Notes: generated by a model from the sequence alone, not told the origin. Counted from the first letter of the stretch, positions 33,258-44,155 are shown. The stretch: 64,000 nucleotides of DNA from Nitrospirota bacterium (GCA_963737155.1 CAVTRN010000001.1:1216001-1280000), one strand, 5' to 3'. Numbers and translations: made by a program.

Positions 33258-33973
33258 TTTTCTCGACCGATGATCTCAGCAAGCAGCAACGAGAGCATAT
33301 CGCAGAACAATGCGTACTGACAATTTTGTCAATTCAACTTAAACAATGCGGGATAGATATTCATGAGTTATTTTCCTTTTCTTTTGCAGTTTTCATATTT
33401 TGAGGCAGATAAACCTTCATTCCGCTGATTCGAAGCATGCAAGGTTGAATTATTTTGTGATATAATGGACAAGGTGATAATCCTCGGATATGTTCCTTCA
33501 TTTACTCGTAGTCGAAGTTTTTTGATTTTATTACTGCTTTTAGAAATTTCCTTTCCTCTGCATTTAGCTTGATAAGATCGCGCAGTACCTTTTTATGCCC
33601 CTTGTAATTAGCAAACGATTTCTTATCAGCTTTCTATCTGAAATCCGCACGCCAGGGCACGCTCACTTGGAGGTGTAAGTACTATATGGACACGGATACG
33701 AAATCATTAAGTTACTAAAAACTATATAAGTAAAGTCTCATTATGCATCGGGAATTATCATTAATAGAGGGGATACAGCAAATTCCATGAGGTGTTACTA
33801 ACGCATGTCGCAATAACTACTAAAAAATTAAAAATCATATACTAAGGTTTGGTTTATACGATGACCATCTCAGATCAGTGCATTTGTTTTGGCAGCTGTT
33901 TTGGCACTATGTCTTGACATATTACCGATAATCAGGATACACTGTAAGCATATGTGCTGGACTGGGAGGGCGG

Positions 33974-34972
33974 ATGGCGCAAGAGGGGGCTCGACGAGTA
34001 CTGGTTACGGGCGGAACCGGTTTTGTGGGAAGCCATCTTGTTGAACGGCTCCTCCGGAACGGTTATGCGGTAAGCTGCTTGGTGAGGGATCCTCTTCATT
34101 TGCGCTGGCTTGAGGGTATGGATGTGCAACTTGCAGACGGCGACTGTGCTCGGCCCGATTCGCTTGCCGTAGCCGTGCAGGGCGTTTCGGTCGTATTCCA
34201 TTGCGCCGGACTAACCAAGGCAAAACATGCTCGCGAATTTTACCTCGTGAACCATCTCGGCACAAAGAATCTTTTGGAAGCATGCGCACGATATAATCCC
34301 GATATTAAGAAATTTGTACTGGTTTCTAGCCAGGCGGCGGCAGGCCCGAGCCCGGACGGACGACCGGTCAAAGATGACGACACACCGCATCCTGTGTCTG
34401 ATTATGGCAGGAGCAAGCTTCTTGCCGAAGTGGAGACGCTCGGTTATAAAGAACGCCTTCCTGTTGTGATTATCCGGCCATCGAGTGTCTATGGGCCGAG
34501 AGATGCGGATTTTTACGAATTTTTCCGCTGGGCCAGTCATGGCTTGGCTCTCGAGATGACTGGAGGAGATCGATATCTCAACTTGTGCTACGTCGAAGAC
34601 CTGACAGCGGCGCTGCTTTTCTCAGCCGAGCAGAGGACGCAGAGCGGCAGCATATATTTTGTCGCGGAGAACAGGCCCTACTCGTGGTCGGATTTTTGGG
34701 CGATGCTTCTTTCCACTGGCTGCGTGAAGGGACGCACGATTAAAATTCCTTACGGGGTGGCCTACCTGATCGGTCTCGCATCCGAAATGGGGAGCCTGTT
34801 TGCCAAACGGCCGGCGCTTGCGAGTAGGCAGAAGGTGCGGGAAGCCGCACAGAGATATTGGCTTTGCGATGTTGGTAAGATTGAGAATGACCTTCGCTTC
34901 CGGGCGGAGTATTCGCTGCAGAAAGGGCTGGAACGCACATGGCAATGGTACAGAAAAAAGCAATGGCTGTAG
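33974..34972 (+). CDS. NAD-dependent epimerase/dehydratase (extended SDR); candidate ceramide or 3-keto-sphingoid reductase
   Basis: TGGTGFVG Rossmann motif, YGRSK catalytic motif; overlaps the start of the SPT gene. Confidence 0.8.
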   Translation: MAQEGARRVLVTGGTGFVGSHLVERLLRNGYAVSCLVRDPLHLRWLEGMDVQLADGDCARPDSLAVAVQGVSVVFHCAGLTKAKHAREFYLVNHLGTKNLLEACARYNPDIKKFVLVSSQAAAGPSPDGRPVKDDDTPHPVSDYGRSKLLAEVETLGYKERLPVVIIRPSSVYGPRDADFYEFFRWASHGLALEMTGGDRYLNLCYVEDLTAALLFSAEQRTQSGSIYFVAENRPYSWSDFWAMLLSTGCVKGRTIKIPYGVAYLIGLASEMGSLFAKRPALASRQKVREAAQRYWLCDVGKIENDLRFRAEYSLQKGLERTWQWYRKKQWL

Positions 34973-36195
34973 TAGGGGAACCGGTTCCGCTTGGGGCTGA
35001 GGGGGCAAAGACGCCGGATTTGTTCGAAAAATGCTGGAAGTTTACGGCCGCGAAAGAAGTTATGGCCGCCGGATTTTATCCATATTTCCATGTCGTGGAA
35101 TCGGAGCAGAGCCCCGAGGTGATCGTTGAGGGCCGGAAGATGATCATGCTTGGGTCGAACAATTATCTCGGGCTTACCAACCATCCGAAGGTGAAGGAAG
35201 CGGCCATTGAAGCAGTGAAGAAATACGGCAGCGGATGTGCGGGTTCGCGATTCCTGAACGGGACCCTCGATATCCATGTGAAGCTCGAGGATAAGCTGGC
35301 GTCTTTCTTTCGCAAGGACGCGGCGCTTGCTTTCCCCACAGGATATCAAACCAACCTCGGGATCATAGCATCCCTCGCGGGCAAGGATGACGTGGTTGTG
35401 ATCGACAAACTCGACCACGCGAGCATCATCGATGCGTGCAGGCTGTCCTTCGCCGAGGTCAAAAAGTTCAAGCACAACGATATGGACAGCCTTGAATATG
35501 TTCTCAAGGAAATCGGGAATCGCGGCAAACTCGTGGTCGTGGACGGCGTGTACAGCATGGAAGGGGACATTGCGCCGCTTCCTGATATCGTCAAGGTCTG
35601 CAAGAAATACGGGGCGCGGCTCATGGTGGACGACGCCCACGGCGTCGGCGTTCTGGGGGGCACCGGCCGCGGGACAGCCGAACATTTCGGCCTCGAGAAG
35701 GAAGTGGACTTGATCATGGGCACCTACAGTAAATCCATGGCGTCCATCGGCGGCTTCGTTGCGGCCGACAAGGATGTGATCCATTACATAAAACACACGT
35801 CCCGTCCGCTTATTTTCTCCGCAAGTCCTCCACCGGCCTCGGTGGCGGCGGTCATCGCAGCGCTGGATATCATTGACCAGGAACCCGAACGAAGGGAGCG
35901 GTTGTGGCAAACCACGCGTAAGATGATGCAGGCGTTCAAACAGATGGGCTACGACACGGGTGTCGCCGAGACGCCGATCGTTCCACTCGTCATTGGTGAG
36001 ATGGAGCGAACGTTCATGATGTGGAAGACCCTGTATGACGAGGGGGTGTTCGTGAACCCCGTGGTCCCGCCGGCCACGCTGTCGGGCCGCTGCCTTATCC
36101 GCACGAGCTTCATGGCGACCCACACCGACGAAATGCTCGACCGGGTGCTCGGCGTAATCGAGAAAGCCGGGAAAAAGCTTGGCGTGATCTCGTAG
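34963..36195 (+). CDS. spt: Serine palmitoyltransferase-like alpha-oxoamine synthase
   Basis: YPYF, SNNYLGL, AGSRFLNGT, HASIID, DDAHG, GTYSKSMASIGGF (PLP-Lys), IFSASPPP; followed by a bCerS-like gene. Confidence 0.8.
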   Translation: MAVVGEPVPLGAEGAKTPDLFEKCWKFTAAKEVMAAGFYPYFHVVESEQSPEVIVEGRKMIMLGSNNYLGLTNHPKVKEAAIEAVKKYGSGCAGSRFLNGTLDIHVKLEDKLASFFRKDAALAFPTGYQTNLGIIASLAGKDDVVVIDKLDHASIIDACRLSFAEVKKFKHNDMDSLEYVLKEIGNRGKLVVVDGVYSMEGDIAPLPDIVKVCKKYGARLMVDDAHGVGVLGGTGRGTAEHFGLEKEVDLIMGTYSKSMASIGGFVAADKDVIHYIKHTSRPLIFSASPPPASVAAVIAALDIIDQEPERRERLWQTTRKMMQAFKQMGYDTGVAETPIVPLVIGEMERTFMMWKTLYDEGVFVNPVVPPATLSGRCLIRTSFMATHTDEMLDRVLGVIEKAGKKLGVIS

Positions 36196-36212
36196 TCGGC
36201 AAGGAGGAGCTT

Positions 36213-37325
36213 GTGAGCATCGAACAGGTCAACGGTGCGGTCGGTATGAACGAATTCATCCGGTTCCCGTGGAAAGTGTACCCGGGAAACCGCCAGTGGG
36301 TTCCGCCGCTCGTGAGCGATGTAAAATTTGTCTTGAGCGAGAAGAACCCCTTTTTTCGACACGCCGAAGCCGCCTATTTTCTTGCGCGCAAGAACGGAGA
36401 AGCGGTTGGCCGGATCGCGGCGATCATCGACCGCAACCACATCAACATTCACAATGAACAGGCCGGATTTTTCGGCTACTTCGAATGCCTGCCCGACGTT
36501 GCGGTCGCGCAGGAGCTTATCGACGCAGCTTCGGGATGGCTCAAGAAGCGGGATATTTCGATCATGCGGGGGCCCATGAACCCGTCTACGAACGACGAGT
36601 GCGGGTTCCTTCTTGAGGGGTTCGATTCCCCCCCCATGATCATGATGACCTATACGCCCGCCTATTATCTCGACTACATGGATCGCTGCGGTCTAGTCAA
36701 GGCCAAAGATCTCTTTGCCTACCTATCCATCATCAAAGACGTCTCTGCAGCGCCGAGGCTTGAAAAGCTGGCATCAGCCGTCAAAGAGCGCGTCCCCGGG
36801 CTTGTTGTGCGTCCGGCCAACATGAAGAATTTTCGCAAAGAGTTGGAAGCGGTAAAGGACATTTATAATTCCGCGTGGGGCCACAACTGGGGTTTCGTAC
36901 CCATGACGAATGAGGAAATAGATTCCATGGCGAAACGGTTGAAGCCGCTCATCGTGCCGGAGCTGCTCATCATGGCCGAGGTGGACGACAGGCCCGCGGG
37001 ATTTTTCATGGCTGTGCCCGACTACAACCAGGTCATGAGCAGGATCAACGGCAGGCTCGGCCCCCTCGAACTCGTCAAATTTCTCTGGTATTCGAGGAAG
37101 ATATCAGATATTCGCGTGCTCACCTTAGGCGTCAAAGAAGAGTTTCGGAAAAAAGGCATCGAGGGGCTGCTCTATCTTGAGTCGTTCAAAGCGGCGATGC
37201 GCAGGGGCTATGAGCGCGCTGAGATGTCCTGGGTTCTGGAGGACAATGCCCCGATGCGCAAAGGCTGTGAACTCATGGGTGGGAAGCTGTACAAGAAGTA
37301 CCGGATCTATGAGAAGGGCATTTGA
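36213..37325 (+). CDS. GNAT-fold N-acyltransferase, bacterial ceramide synthase (bCerS/YghO)-like
   Basis: FPWKVY...WVPPL...NPFF.HAE...VGRIAA...GFFGYFE, NWGFVP, SWVLEDN. Confidence 0.78.
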   Translation: MSIEQVNGAVGMNEFIRFPWKVYPGNRQWVPPLVSDVKFVLSEKNPFFRHAEAAYFLARKNGEAVGRIAAIIDRNHINIHNEQAGFFGYFECLPDVAVAQELIDAASGWLKKRDISIMRGPMNPSTNDECGFLLEGFDSPPMIMMTYTPAYYLDYMDRCGLVKAKDLFAYLSIIKDVSAAPRLEKLASAVKERVPGLVVRPANMKNFRKELEAVKDIYNSAWGHNWGFVPMTNEEIDSMAKRLKPLIVPELLIMAEVDDRPAGFFMAVPDYNQVMSRINGRLGPLELVKFLWYSRKISDIRVLTLGVKEEFRKKGIEGLLYLESFKAAMRRGYERAEMSWVLEDNAPMRKGCELMGGKLYKKYRIYEKGI

Positions 37326-37364
37326 CGTTTATCCGCATCAACGGAGACATGCATGCCGAATGCA

Positions 37365-38264
37365 TCAACGGGACTGCTGGACTTGGCCGCCCTTCCGGGC
37401 AATGCGTGAGAGTGCCTCGAACAGTATAGGTGCCAGATAAACGGTCAAAATCGTCAAGGCGATTCCCGCGATGACATCGATAACGTAATGATATCGAAGA
37501 TACACGGTCGAGAAGATCAGTCCCGCCACTACCGGAATTAATCCCGTAAAAAGTCTTTTCTCCTTTTCTTTCCACGCATAATAGAGACTCATGAGCGAAA
37601 CAGCTGTATGGCCGCTTGGGAATGCATCGGTCTTATTTTTTTCCAGACCGTTCAGAGCACCCTGAATCTTTTCGATGAACGGGGGAATCTGCAGGCCCTT
37701 GGTCTGGAGATCAACGAGCGTAAAGCGGGGCCCGACTGCGGGAACGATCAGGTAGCCGATATAGGAAAGATAAAAGCAGAGCAGGATGCCGAATAGGACC
37801 TCTTCGAATTCCCCGAACCTGCCCCTGGCAATGAGCACGGTGCCGACCGAGATGGGGATGAAAAAATAACTGATGTAGGCGAACTGGAGAAGAGTCGAAA
37901 GAATCGGGCTGATCAGCTGTTCCATCCATACTGTCGGGTGAACGCCGAAGAGCGCATGATCGATAGAGATGAGATAAGAGTCGAATGTCGTCCTATGAAT
38001 GCTGGCGATGAGTTTCCCCAGACTGTTAAAAATAGTGGAAATTGTTATCACTGTCACGGCAACCGAAAGGTAGAAACCCTTTTTTACCGGTCCTACCCTC
38101 GTGCGGTATACGGCAACCGCCAGGATCGCAACCACCAGCACCGTGTACGTAGCGAGAAGTCCGGCCCACGATGGATTCATAGGCGCGGAAAAAACCGCAA
38201 GACCTGAGAACAGGAAAAGAAAAAAAAGCGTCAGCAGATCGGAGGGCCTCAAGACGAAGTGCAT
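37365..38264 (-). CDS. PAP2-superfamily membrane enzyme, Aur1/inositol-phosphorylceramide synthase-like
   Basis: YLIVPAVGPR, DAFPSGH and STVYLRYHYVID motifs; multiple TM helices. Confidence 0.78.
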   Translation of the reverse strand: MHFVLRPSDLLTLFFLFLFSGLAVFSAPMNPSWAGLLATYTVLVVAILAVAVYRTRVGPVKKGFYLSVAVTVITISTIFNSLGKLIASIHRTTFDSYLISIDHALFGVHPTVWMEQLISPILSTLLQFAYISYFFIPISVGTVLIARGRFGEFEEVLFGILLCFYLSYIGYLIVPAVGPRFTLVDLQTKGLQIPPFIEKIQGALNGLEKNKTDAFPSGHTAVSLMSLYYAWKEKEKRLFTGLIPVVAGLIFSTVYLRYHYVIDVIAGIALTILTVYLAPILFEALSRIARKGGQVQQSR

Positions 38265-38371
38265 AGCGATATATACACTACCTTTGGCGAAATTGCAATC
38301 GTAACATCCATTTCCGGCTGACTATATGTCTTTAGCATAGACCAAGATGGAGCGCGATAAAAACAGCAAGA

Positions 38372-39115
38372 TCAGTAGAGCTTATGGCAGGGAACCCCCG
38401 CCTTTTCAAAAGTAGCCTTCAATTCCTCGCCTTTTTCAAGGAAGAAATCCTCATCCAGTGCCCATGACATCCCGTGTTCTTTATATGCCTGGTCAGCATA
38501 ATGATAATTGTACCGGTCGATCAATACATGGTCCACCGTGCCCTTCAGCAAGTCCACAAGCCCGTCAGCATGGGGAAGCAGGGGCGCAATCATAACAAAG
38601 GTTTTTATCCCTTCTGAATGAAGAATTCCCAATGCCTCGATACGCTTAGCTATGGGCGGGGCGCCGGGTTCGAATATCCTCCGCACCCTCTCATCCGCAG
38701 TGGTTATGGTGAACCCGGCCTCAACGTCCGTTGATCTCTTCAGGATCGCAATATCCCGCAGGACCAACGGGGATTTTGTCTGGATCGTGACCGGCCATGC
38801 CTGTTTAACGAGAATTTCGAGGCATCTCCTGGTGAGCATATACTTCTTTTCCAGGGGTTGATATGCATCACACACCCCGCTTATCCAGACCCTGCCCTTG
38901 TGCTTTTTCTTCACCTCCTGGGACAAGAGATCGGCCGCATTTATTTTTACATCGACGAATGCTCCCCATGGTTCCGAGTGACCGGTAAATCTCCTCATGA
39001 ACTTAGCGTAGCAGTAAAGGCAACGATGCTGACATCCGACATAGGCATTCAAGGCATAGTCATAGACCTGAGATTTCGAGAGGATGGTTTTTGCTTCAAT
39101 CTCTTTGACGATCAT
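38372..39115 (-). CDS. Radical SAM protein, spore-photoproduct-lyase-like (Rv2578c family)
   Basis: GCQHRCLYCYA CxxxCxxC motif, DAYQPLE, TKSPLVLRD, FEPGAP. Confidence 0.85.
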   Translation of the reverse strand: MIVKEIEAKTILSKSQVYDYALNAYVGCQHRCLYCYAKFMRRFTGHSEPWGAFVDVKINAADLLSQEVKKKHKGRVWISGVCDAYQPLEKKYMLTRRCLEILVKQAWPVTIQTKSPLVLRDIAILKRSTDVEAGFTITTADERVRRIFEPGAPPIAKRIEALGILHSEGIKTFVMIAPLLPHADGLVDLLKGTVDHVLIDRYNYHYADQAYKEHGMSWALDEDFFLEKGEELKATFEKAGVPCHKLY

Positions 39116-39913
39116 GTGTCCATTATACAGCAGGAACACGTTGGGAGAAAGGTCCATCAGAATGATGCGGATGAAAGTGTTAGCCATCGGCATAGCTCTT
39201 GAACATAGACCTGCCGCCTTTTTTAAACAGCACGCAAGGCCTTTGAACTATGTGATATTTGTAGTTCCGGCGCTTGACGGAGATGATGTATGTTACAACT
39301 CTGATGAGCTTTCTATGAAGGCAGTCGCAATTCGCATCTTTGAGGGAGTCCACTTACAGCAAAAAATGCGAGATGGAAAGCATTGATTTCAATCGAGGGA
39401 ACGTTTTTTAGATTTTTAAAACAGGAGCATTATCACCGGCAGACGAAAAGAGGACGATTTCAGTAATCGCGTCCTCTCTGTGAGATGAAAAAAGACGCAC
39501 ATCCATAACGAGTATCGTCTCTGACCCTACTTTACTTCTCTATCTGGTATTCGAAGTAATAGAAATTGGGCCGACATCGGTACTCACTTCTATAGGACCT
39601 CCTGTCATGATCGAAAGGAAACATATAACATTTACACATTTAAAAGAAATCAAGAAGGCTTCCCCGTAAAAATTAAAATGCAGAATCAATAAAGATCAAA
39701 ATCGATACCTATCACCCCCTCATTGACATCGTATCCAAATCCGTTATCGTTTACATGCACTACTGATTCGCCGATCTGGCATAACACCGAATCGCCTTCT
39801 AACAACGAGCAATGCGTCATGCGGATACTACACAAAACAATGGCAGGCCCCGCTGCAGCCTGCCTAAGCGTTTGAGCAACATGAAAGTTCGAGAATCCTT
39901 GCTCACGAATCAA

Positions 39914-40285
39914 TTACAATCCCCAACCTTGCGAAATGGCGACGCCATTGCTATCGCCGGAGAAGACTGTAATGCCATTCGTGGTTTCTTCTGTCCCCTC
40001 ACGCATGCCGCCAGCACCAGAACTCTCAATCGACTCGCTGCCCGGCTCCATAGAGCTAGCTATGGTCCCATAAGGATGGCCTGAGAAATCCGTAACGCCA
40101 TTTGCAAGCTCTGCCGCTTCGCCTGAATAATTCATTGATGCGCCGGCCGGCTCCGTTGAGGTAACCACAGTCCCGTAAGGATGGCCAGAGAAATCCGTAA
40201 TGCCGTTATCAAAAGCTTCTGCATAGACTGCTCCTAATGCAAGTACAAATATCGTCGATATAGCAAGAATTAGAAGTTTTTTCAT
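39914..40285 (-). CDS. Small secreted protein with three NG(I/V)T(D/V)FSG repeats
   Basis: Signal peptide MKKLLILA..AVYA, ggagg RBS, repeats visible in protein and DNA. Confidence 0.7.
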   Translation of the reverse strand: MKKLLILAISTIFVLALGAVYAEAFDNGITDFSGHPYGTVVTSTEPAGASMNYSGEAAELANGVTDFSGHPYGTIASSMEPGSESIESSGAGGMREGTEETTNGITVFSGDSNGVAISQGWGL

Positions 40286-41285
40286 TTTAGTGTCCTCCTT
40301 CATTTTATTTTGTTTCAAAAAACACTTTCTCCGTCGAATCAATATCCAGTAGATGATTACAGTATATCACAGTAAAACAGTCTTATTTAGAATTCTTGTC
40401 GATTTTATTTTTTTCTGATACTTAATTTGTAATGTTTAAGCTTCCGACTGCTTGCATATTTGCCCAGGTCACGGGCGTTAACGTCTATGAAACCGTTCCC
40501 GATTATTCCTAGACCGGGCTAATGGAATAAAGCTTGTGGATCTGACGCACGACGATTAAGGGCATTCAAGCAATCTAGCCATCATAGGAACGGATACTCG
40601 TTTGCGTGGGAGATAATCCCTGCTCGACGCACCTATAGCGCAGAAGGAGGGCGCGGGCTGCGTGCCGAATGGATTGTCGTGCATGTAGGAGGCCCCCTTA
40701 TGAGTGCAGCCGTCGGAAAGCTATCTGAAGGAGTTGGCCGATCATAGTGAGAAAGTCCTCGCCTATTCATAAACTTCAGGTCGTCTCTGGGTGATATCGT
40801 GTGGGGAGGTCGAGATATCGATATATTATATATATGTCATTTCTGGCAAGCCCAGGAAAAAAATCATCAGTATTATAAAGAAATTGTAAGGGTCTCAAGC
40901 AAAAGCTGGCACTAAAGTTGTGTGAAAATAGAGACCTTTTGTTCGATAGCCCCAACGATGGGATATCCTCGAATCGAAACTACGTGATTTGTGGTTACTG
41001 CTTGCGGCATAGAGCGAACTATTGCATCCTCTTTTCATCCGGCGCGGTACGGAAGAAAACCATGTAGGGAGCATAATATCTACTCATACCAACGCTGGAT
41101 AATTCAAAAATGCTCGGGATAATACGCATTCACCCTAAGTACATCGGCCCGCCGATTATTATACCTAGCAGGGAGTCGGATTTTAGAGTGCCATCGGGGA
41201 GAGTTTGCTGAGGGGATCATATGTAGCTAGCTTATCGTGCTATACTGTAATCAAGGTTTTTGCGGTTGAGAACAAGGAGGTGGAC

Positions 41286-41582
41286 ATGAAAATCATAGCT
41301 TCGTTAATGATCTCCAGTCTCATGATATTCACTCTGACCGGGTGTCTCTATACACACATTACCGTACCTTTAAGCACCGAGCTCAACAAGACAGCGCTGG
41401 GAAACAAGCAAGGCGAGTCGTCGATTTACTCGGCTATATGGCTCTTTGCCTGGGGCGACGGCGGCGCTGCCGCAGCCGCGAAAAACGGCGGGATCACGAT
41501 CATGACACACATGGATAGGAAGTTATACAGTATTATGTTCGGTATCTACACGCGTACAACAACGATCGTCTACGGCGACTGA
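41286..41582 (+). CDS. TRL-like family lipoprotein
   Basis: Lipobox LTGC; WLFAWGDGG..AAAKNGGIT...D...FGIY....TIVYGD. Confidence 0.75.
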   Translation: MKIIASLMISSLMIFTLTGCLYTHITVPLSTELNKTALGNKQGESSIYSAIWLFAWGDGGAAAAAKNGGITIMTHMDRKLYSIMFGIYTRTTTIVYGD

Positions 41583-41594
41583 CGGAGGTGCTGG

Positions 41595-41933
41595 ATGAAA
41601 AGGATCAGTCGAGAAATCGTCGTCCTATCGATATCACTCATCCTTGCTGGATGCGCAAACGGTGTATTGTTTAATAGCGGACTCTACTCTCACACCGTGA
41701 TGCCGCTCACTATAAATCCGAATCCAACGGAAGTCAGGAACAGCCTGCAACAAGCGCGCGGATACGCGAACCAGATTCAGTATAACATGATCTCAATTCG
41801 CGTGGGCAAAAACGGCCTTGGCCAAGTTGCAAAGGAACACGGCCTCAAGACAGTTTATTTTGCCGACATTGAAAGATGGAGCGCGGCCTTCGGTTTGTGG
41901 CAAATGGAAGTTGTGCGAATCTATGGCAAGTGA
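41595..41933 (+). CDS. Second, divergent TRL-like lipoprotein
   Basis: Lipobox LAGC; LYSHTVMPL..AKEHGLKTVYFAD..FGLW..VRIYG. Confidence 0.65.
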   Translation: MKRISREIVVLSISLILAGCANGVLFNSGLYSHTVMPLTINPNPTEVRNSLQQARGYANQIQYNMISIRVGKNGLGQVAKEHGLKTVYFADIERWSAAFGLWQMEVVRIYGK

Positions 41934-42480
41934 TTTCCGCTGTTGCCAGAAAAAAAGTAGGCCTCCTGCCGCGATTAAAGAGTTTTTCAGATTCTGCGTC
42001 ACCGAGCGAAACGACGGACATATCTTCGGGTTACCATTGACCATCAGCTCCTAGTGCAATCCAACCCATAAACTAAACCTCAAGGGGAATTAATAACCAA
42101 GAGCACATAATATTTTTGTATCACAAACGCTGAAGGAGCTCACAAGCCCATTTAAAAAATTAAATGCCAAAGTTGAATTATAGGCTATTTTGGAGGGGAT
42201 TTCGACTAAAGACCGTTTGTGGCTACCAAATGCTTGTATATTGCTTACACGTTATTTCTGCTTGAAGACAATTGTGGAACTGTTGAACTAATTTAAGAAT
42301 CATCAATCTTCAATATTAATTCAAATTTTTTGCGAGCCGTCTGGCATGAAATACTGCAATCTGGCAATTATTTGGATTCGCTGTCTAAGGTATTACTTCG
42401 GTAAACCTTTTATCATCATTGGTGTCATTATAAAGAGGAGGTAATTTTCTATTAGAGATAACAAAGAAGGGGGGATTGAT

Positions 42481-42885
42481 ATGAAAAGTATAATTTATCT
42501 TTCCATTGTTATCATGGTAATTCTCCTGGTAGTTTTTGCAGTGGGTGTTCCTCTGTATGCATACGGAGGAGGCCACGGAGGAAGCCATGGAGGAGGTTTT
42601 AGAGGAGGCCATGGAGGAGGGTATAGAGGAGGGTATAGAGGAGGGTATGGTGGTGGCATTTGGATCGGACCGGGATGGTGGGATCCTTGGTGGTGGGGTT
42701 TTCCCGCTTATCCTTATGATTACTATGATTACTCGGAGCCACCCGTCATAGAGCAGCAATCTCCTTCTGTACAGGAGCAACAGAATTACTGGTATTACTG
42801 TCCGGAACTTAAAGCATATTACCCATACGTGAAACAATGTCCTAGGGGGTGGTTGAAGGTTGTTCCGACCCCGAGACCGCGATAG
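42481..42885 (+). CDS. Exported Gly-rich and Trp/Tyr/Pro-rich protein
   Basis: Signal peptide, GGHG/GGYR repeats, C-terminal YWYYC..YYPYV..CP.GW. Confidence 0.75.
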   Translation: MKSIIYLSIVIMVILLVVFAVGVPLYAYGGGHGGSHGGGFRGGHGGGYRGGYRGGYGGGIWIGPGWWDPWWWGFPAYPYDYYDYSEPPVIEQQSPSVQEQQNYWYYCPELKAYYPYVKQCPRGWLKVVPTPRPR

Positions 42886-42904
42886 GGAAAGGGGTGAAAA
42901 CATC

Positions 42905-43471
42905 ATGAGGATATATAAAAGAAGCATCGTGATATCTTTTGCCCTTTTGGTAATGGGTGGATGTGCGACCATTCCGACCGGTCCTAACGTCATGGTTATG
43001 CCGCCTCCGGGTAAGCCATTTGACGTGTTCCGGGTGGAAGACGGCATCTGCAGGCAATGGGCACAACAGCAAATCGGGCTTAATCCTCAAGAGACGGCTA
43101 ATCAAAACACAGCCACGGGGGCCGTAGTCGGCACCGCTGTAGGAGCAGGACTGGGAGCGGCTATAGGGTCTGCATCAGGCAATGCAGGCGCCGGTGCGGC
43201 GATAGGTGCTGCAAGTGGACTTCTCGTCGGAACGGCCTCGGGTGCCAACGCGGGACAGGTTTATGGATGGGAGGCTCAACGACGGTATGATATTGCATAT
43301 GAGCAGTGCATGTACGCCAAGGGGAACATAATCCCAGGAATGAGACAATATTATTATTATCGTGGTCAGAGGACTCCTCCACCACCTCCCCCCCCATCGG
43401 ACATGAATTCCGAGCCACCCGATGTTTCACAGCCCAATCTAGCACCACCGCCTCCTCCTCCCGTGCAGTAG
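42905..43471 (+). CDS. Glycine-zipper (YMGG-like) lipoprotein with Pro-rich tail
   Basis: Lipobox MGGC, PPPGKPF, Gly-zipper, QRRYDIAYEQCMYAKG. Confidence 0.8.
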   Translation: MRIYKRSIVISFALLVMGGCATIPTGPNVMVMPPPGKPFDVFRVEDGICRQWAQQQIGLNPQETANQNTATGAVVGTAVGAGLGAAIGSASGNAGAGAAIGAASGLLVGTASGANAGQVYGWEAQRRYDIAYEQCMYAKGNIIPGMRQYYYYRGQRTPPPPPPPSDMNSEPPDVSQPNLAPPPPPPVQ

Positions 43472-44155
43472 TAAGGATGATAATCGGCGTGGAAAAAGTG
43501 GTGTGAGGGCATCATTCACTTTTCAATTAGATAAAGGATGTGGAGGATGGTAGCTGGGGGTTTCGTCTCGATTTTTGATCTTATTTTTCTCTAAAGTGTT
43601 CGCGCATGTCAATTATCGAGCAGTGACCCCTTTAATTAGTTTCCGATGGCTGATTCCAAACGTCACCGCCTTCCCTGATTCATTAGTTATCCATAGTATG
43701 TAGAGGACGATAAAAATACACCGAAAGAAGACTTGTCATGATTAACATTAGTAAACTCGATTTCAGTGGTAACACTCTTATATCGGTACTTGCCTAAAAT
43801 AAGTTGGAGTGTTCCACATGCCGAAAGGGAGGAGAAACGGGAAACACAGACCACACTTACGAAAGTTTTGGAGAAGCCTACTCGACTAACCAGATATTCG
43901 TTAACATCTGCTCGAGAAAAGATACGTTATTTGTAATGACGCGCAATTCTTCTTTCTCTCAAGGTCACTCTGGTACTAAGCAAGTGCAACGTTTTTATCT
44001 TTTACAACAGCAGACTGAGCAACAGGTGCATATTATTCGCCAAGCGCCATTTCGGCAAGATCGCCTGCAACGGATGTGAGCAGAGTCTCTCATACTATAG
44101 AAATGCTTTTCCTGACGTCCTTCATAATTCGTGATAGCTTCGTAGTTTTATTAGT

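Noticed and set aside
33793-33822. NikR-like half-site gtgttac upstream of the sphingolipid genes
   Set aside because: No good second half-site at 13-nt spacing and no functional rationale
34762-36123. 453-aa minus-strand ORF (similarly 19965-20957 and 49420-50538)
   Set aside because: Antisense shadows of spt, ppdK and the TonB receptor; no recognisable motifs
34963-36195. Annotation as bioF or kbl
   Set aside because: No biotin or threonine-dehydrogenase genes nearby; the LNGT motif and adjacent bCerS-like gene favour SPT
40906-40922. Sigma54-like promoter (tggcac-N5-ttgt)
   Set aside because: Lacks the conserved -12 GC and lies ~360 nt from the next gene
42565-42660. GGAGG-rich tandem DNA repeats
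   Set aside because: They encode the Gly-rich tract of the 42481 protein
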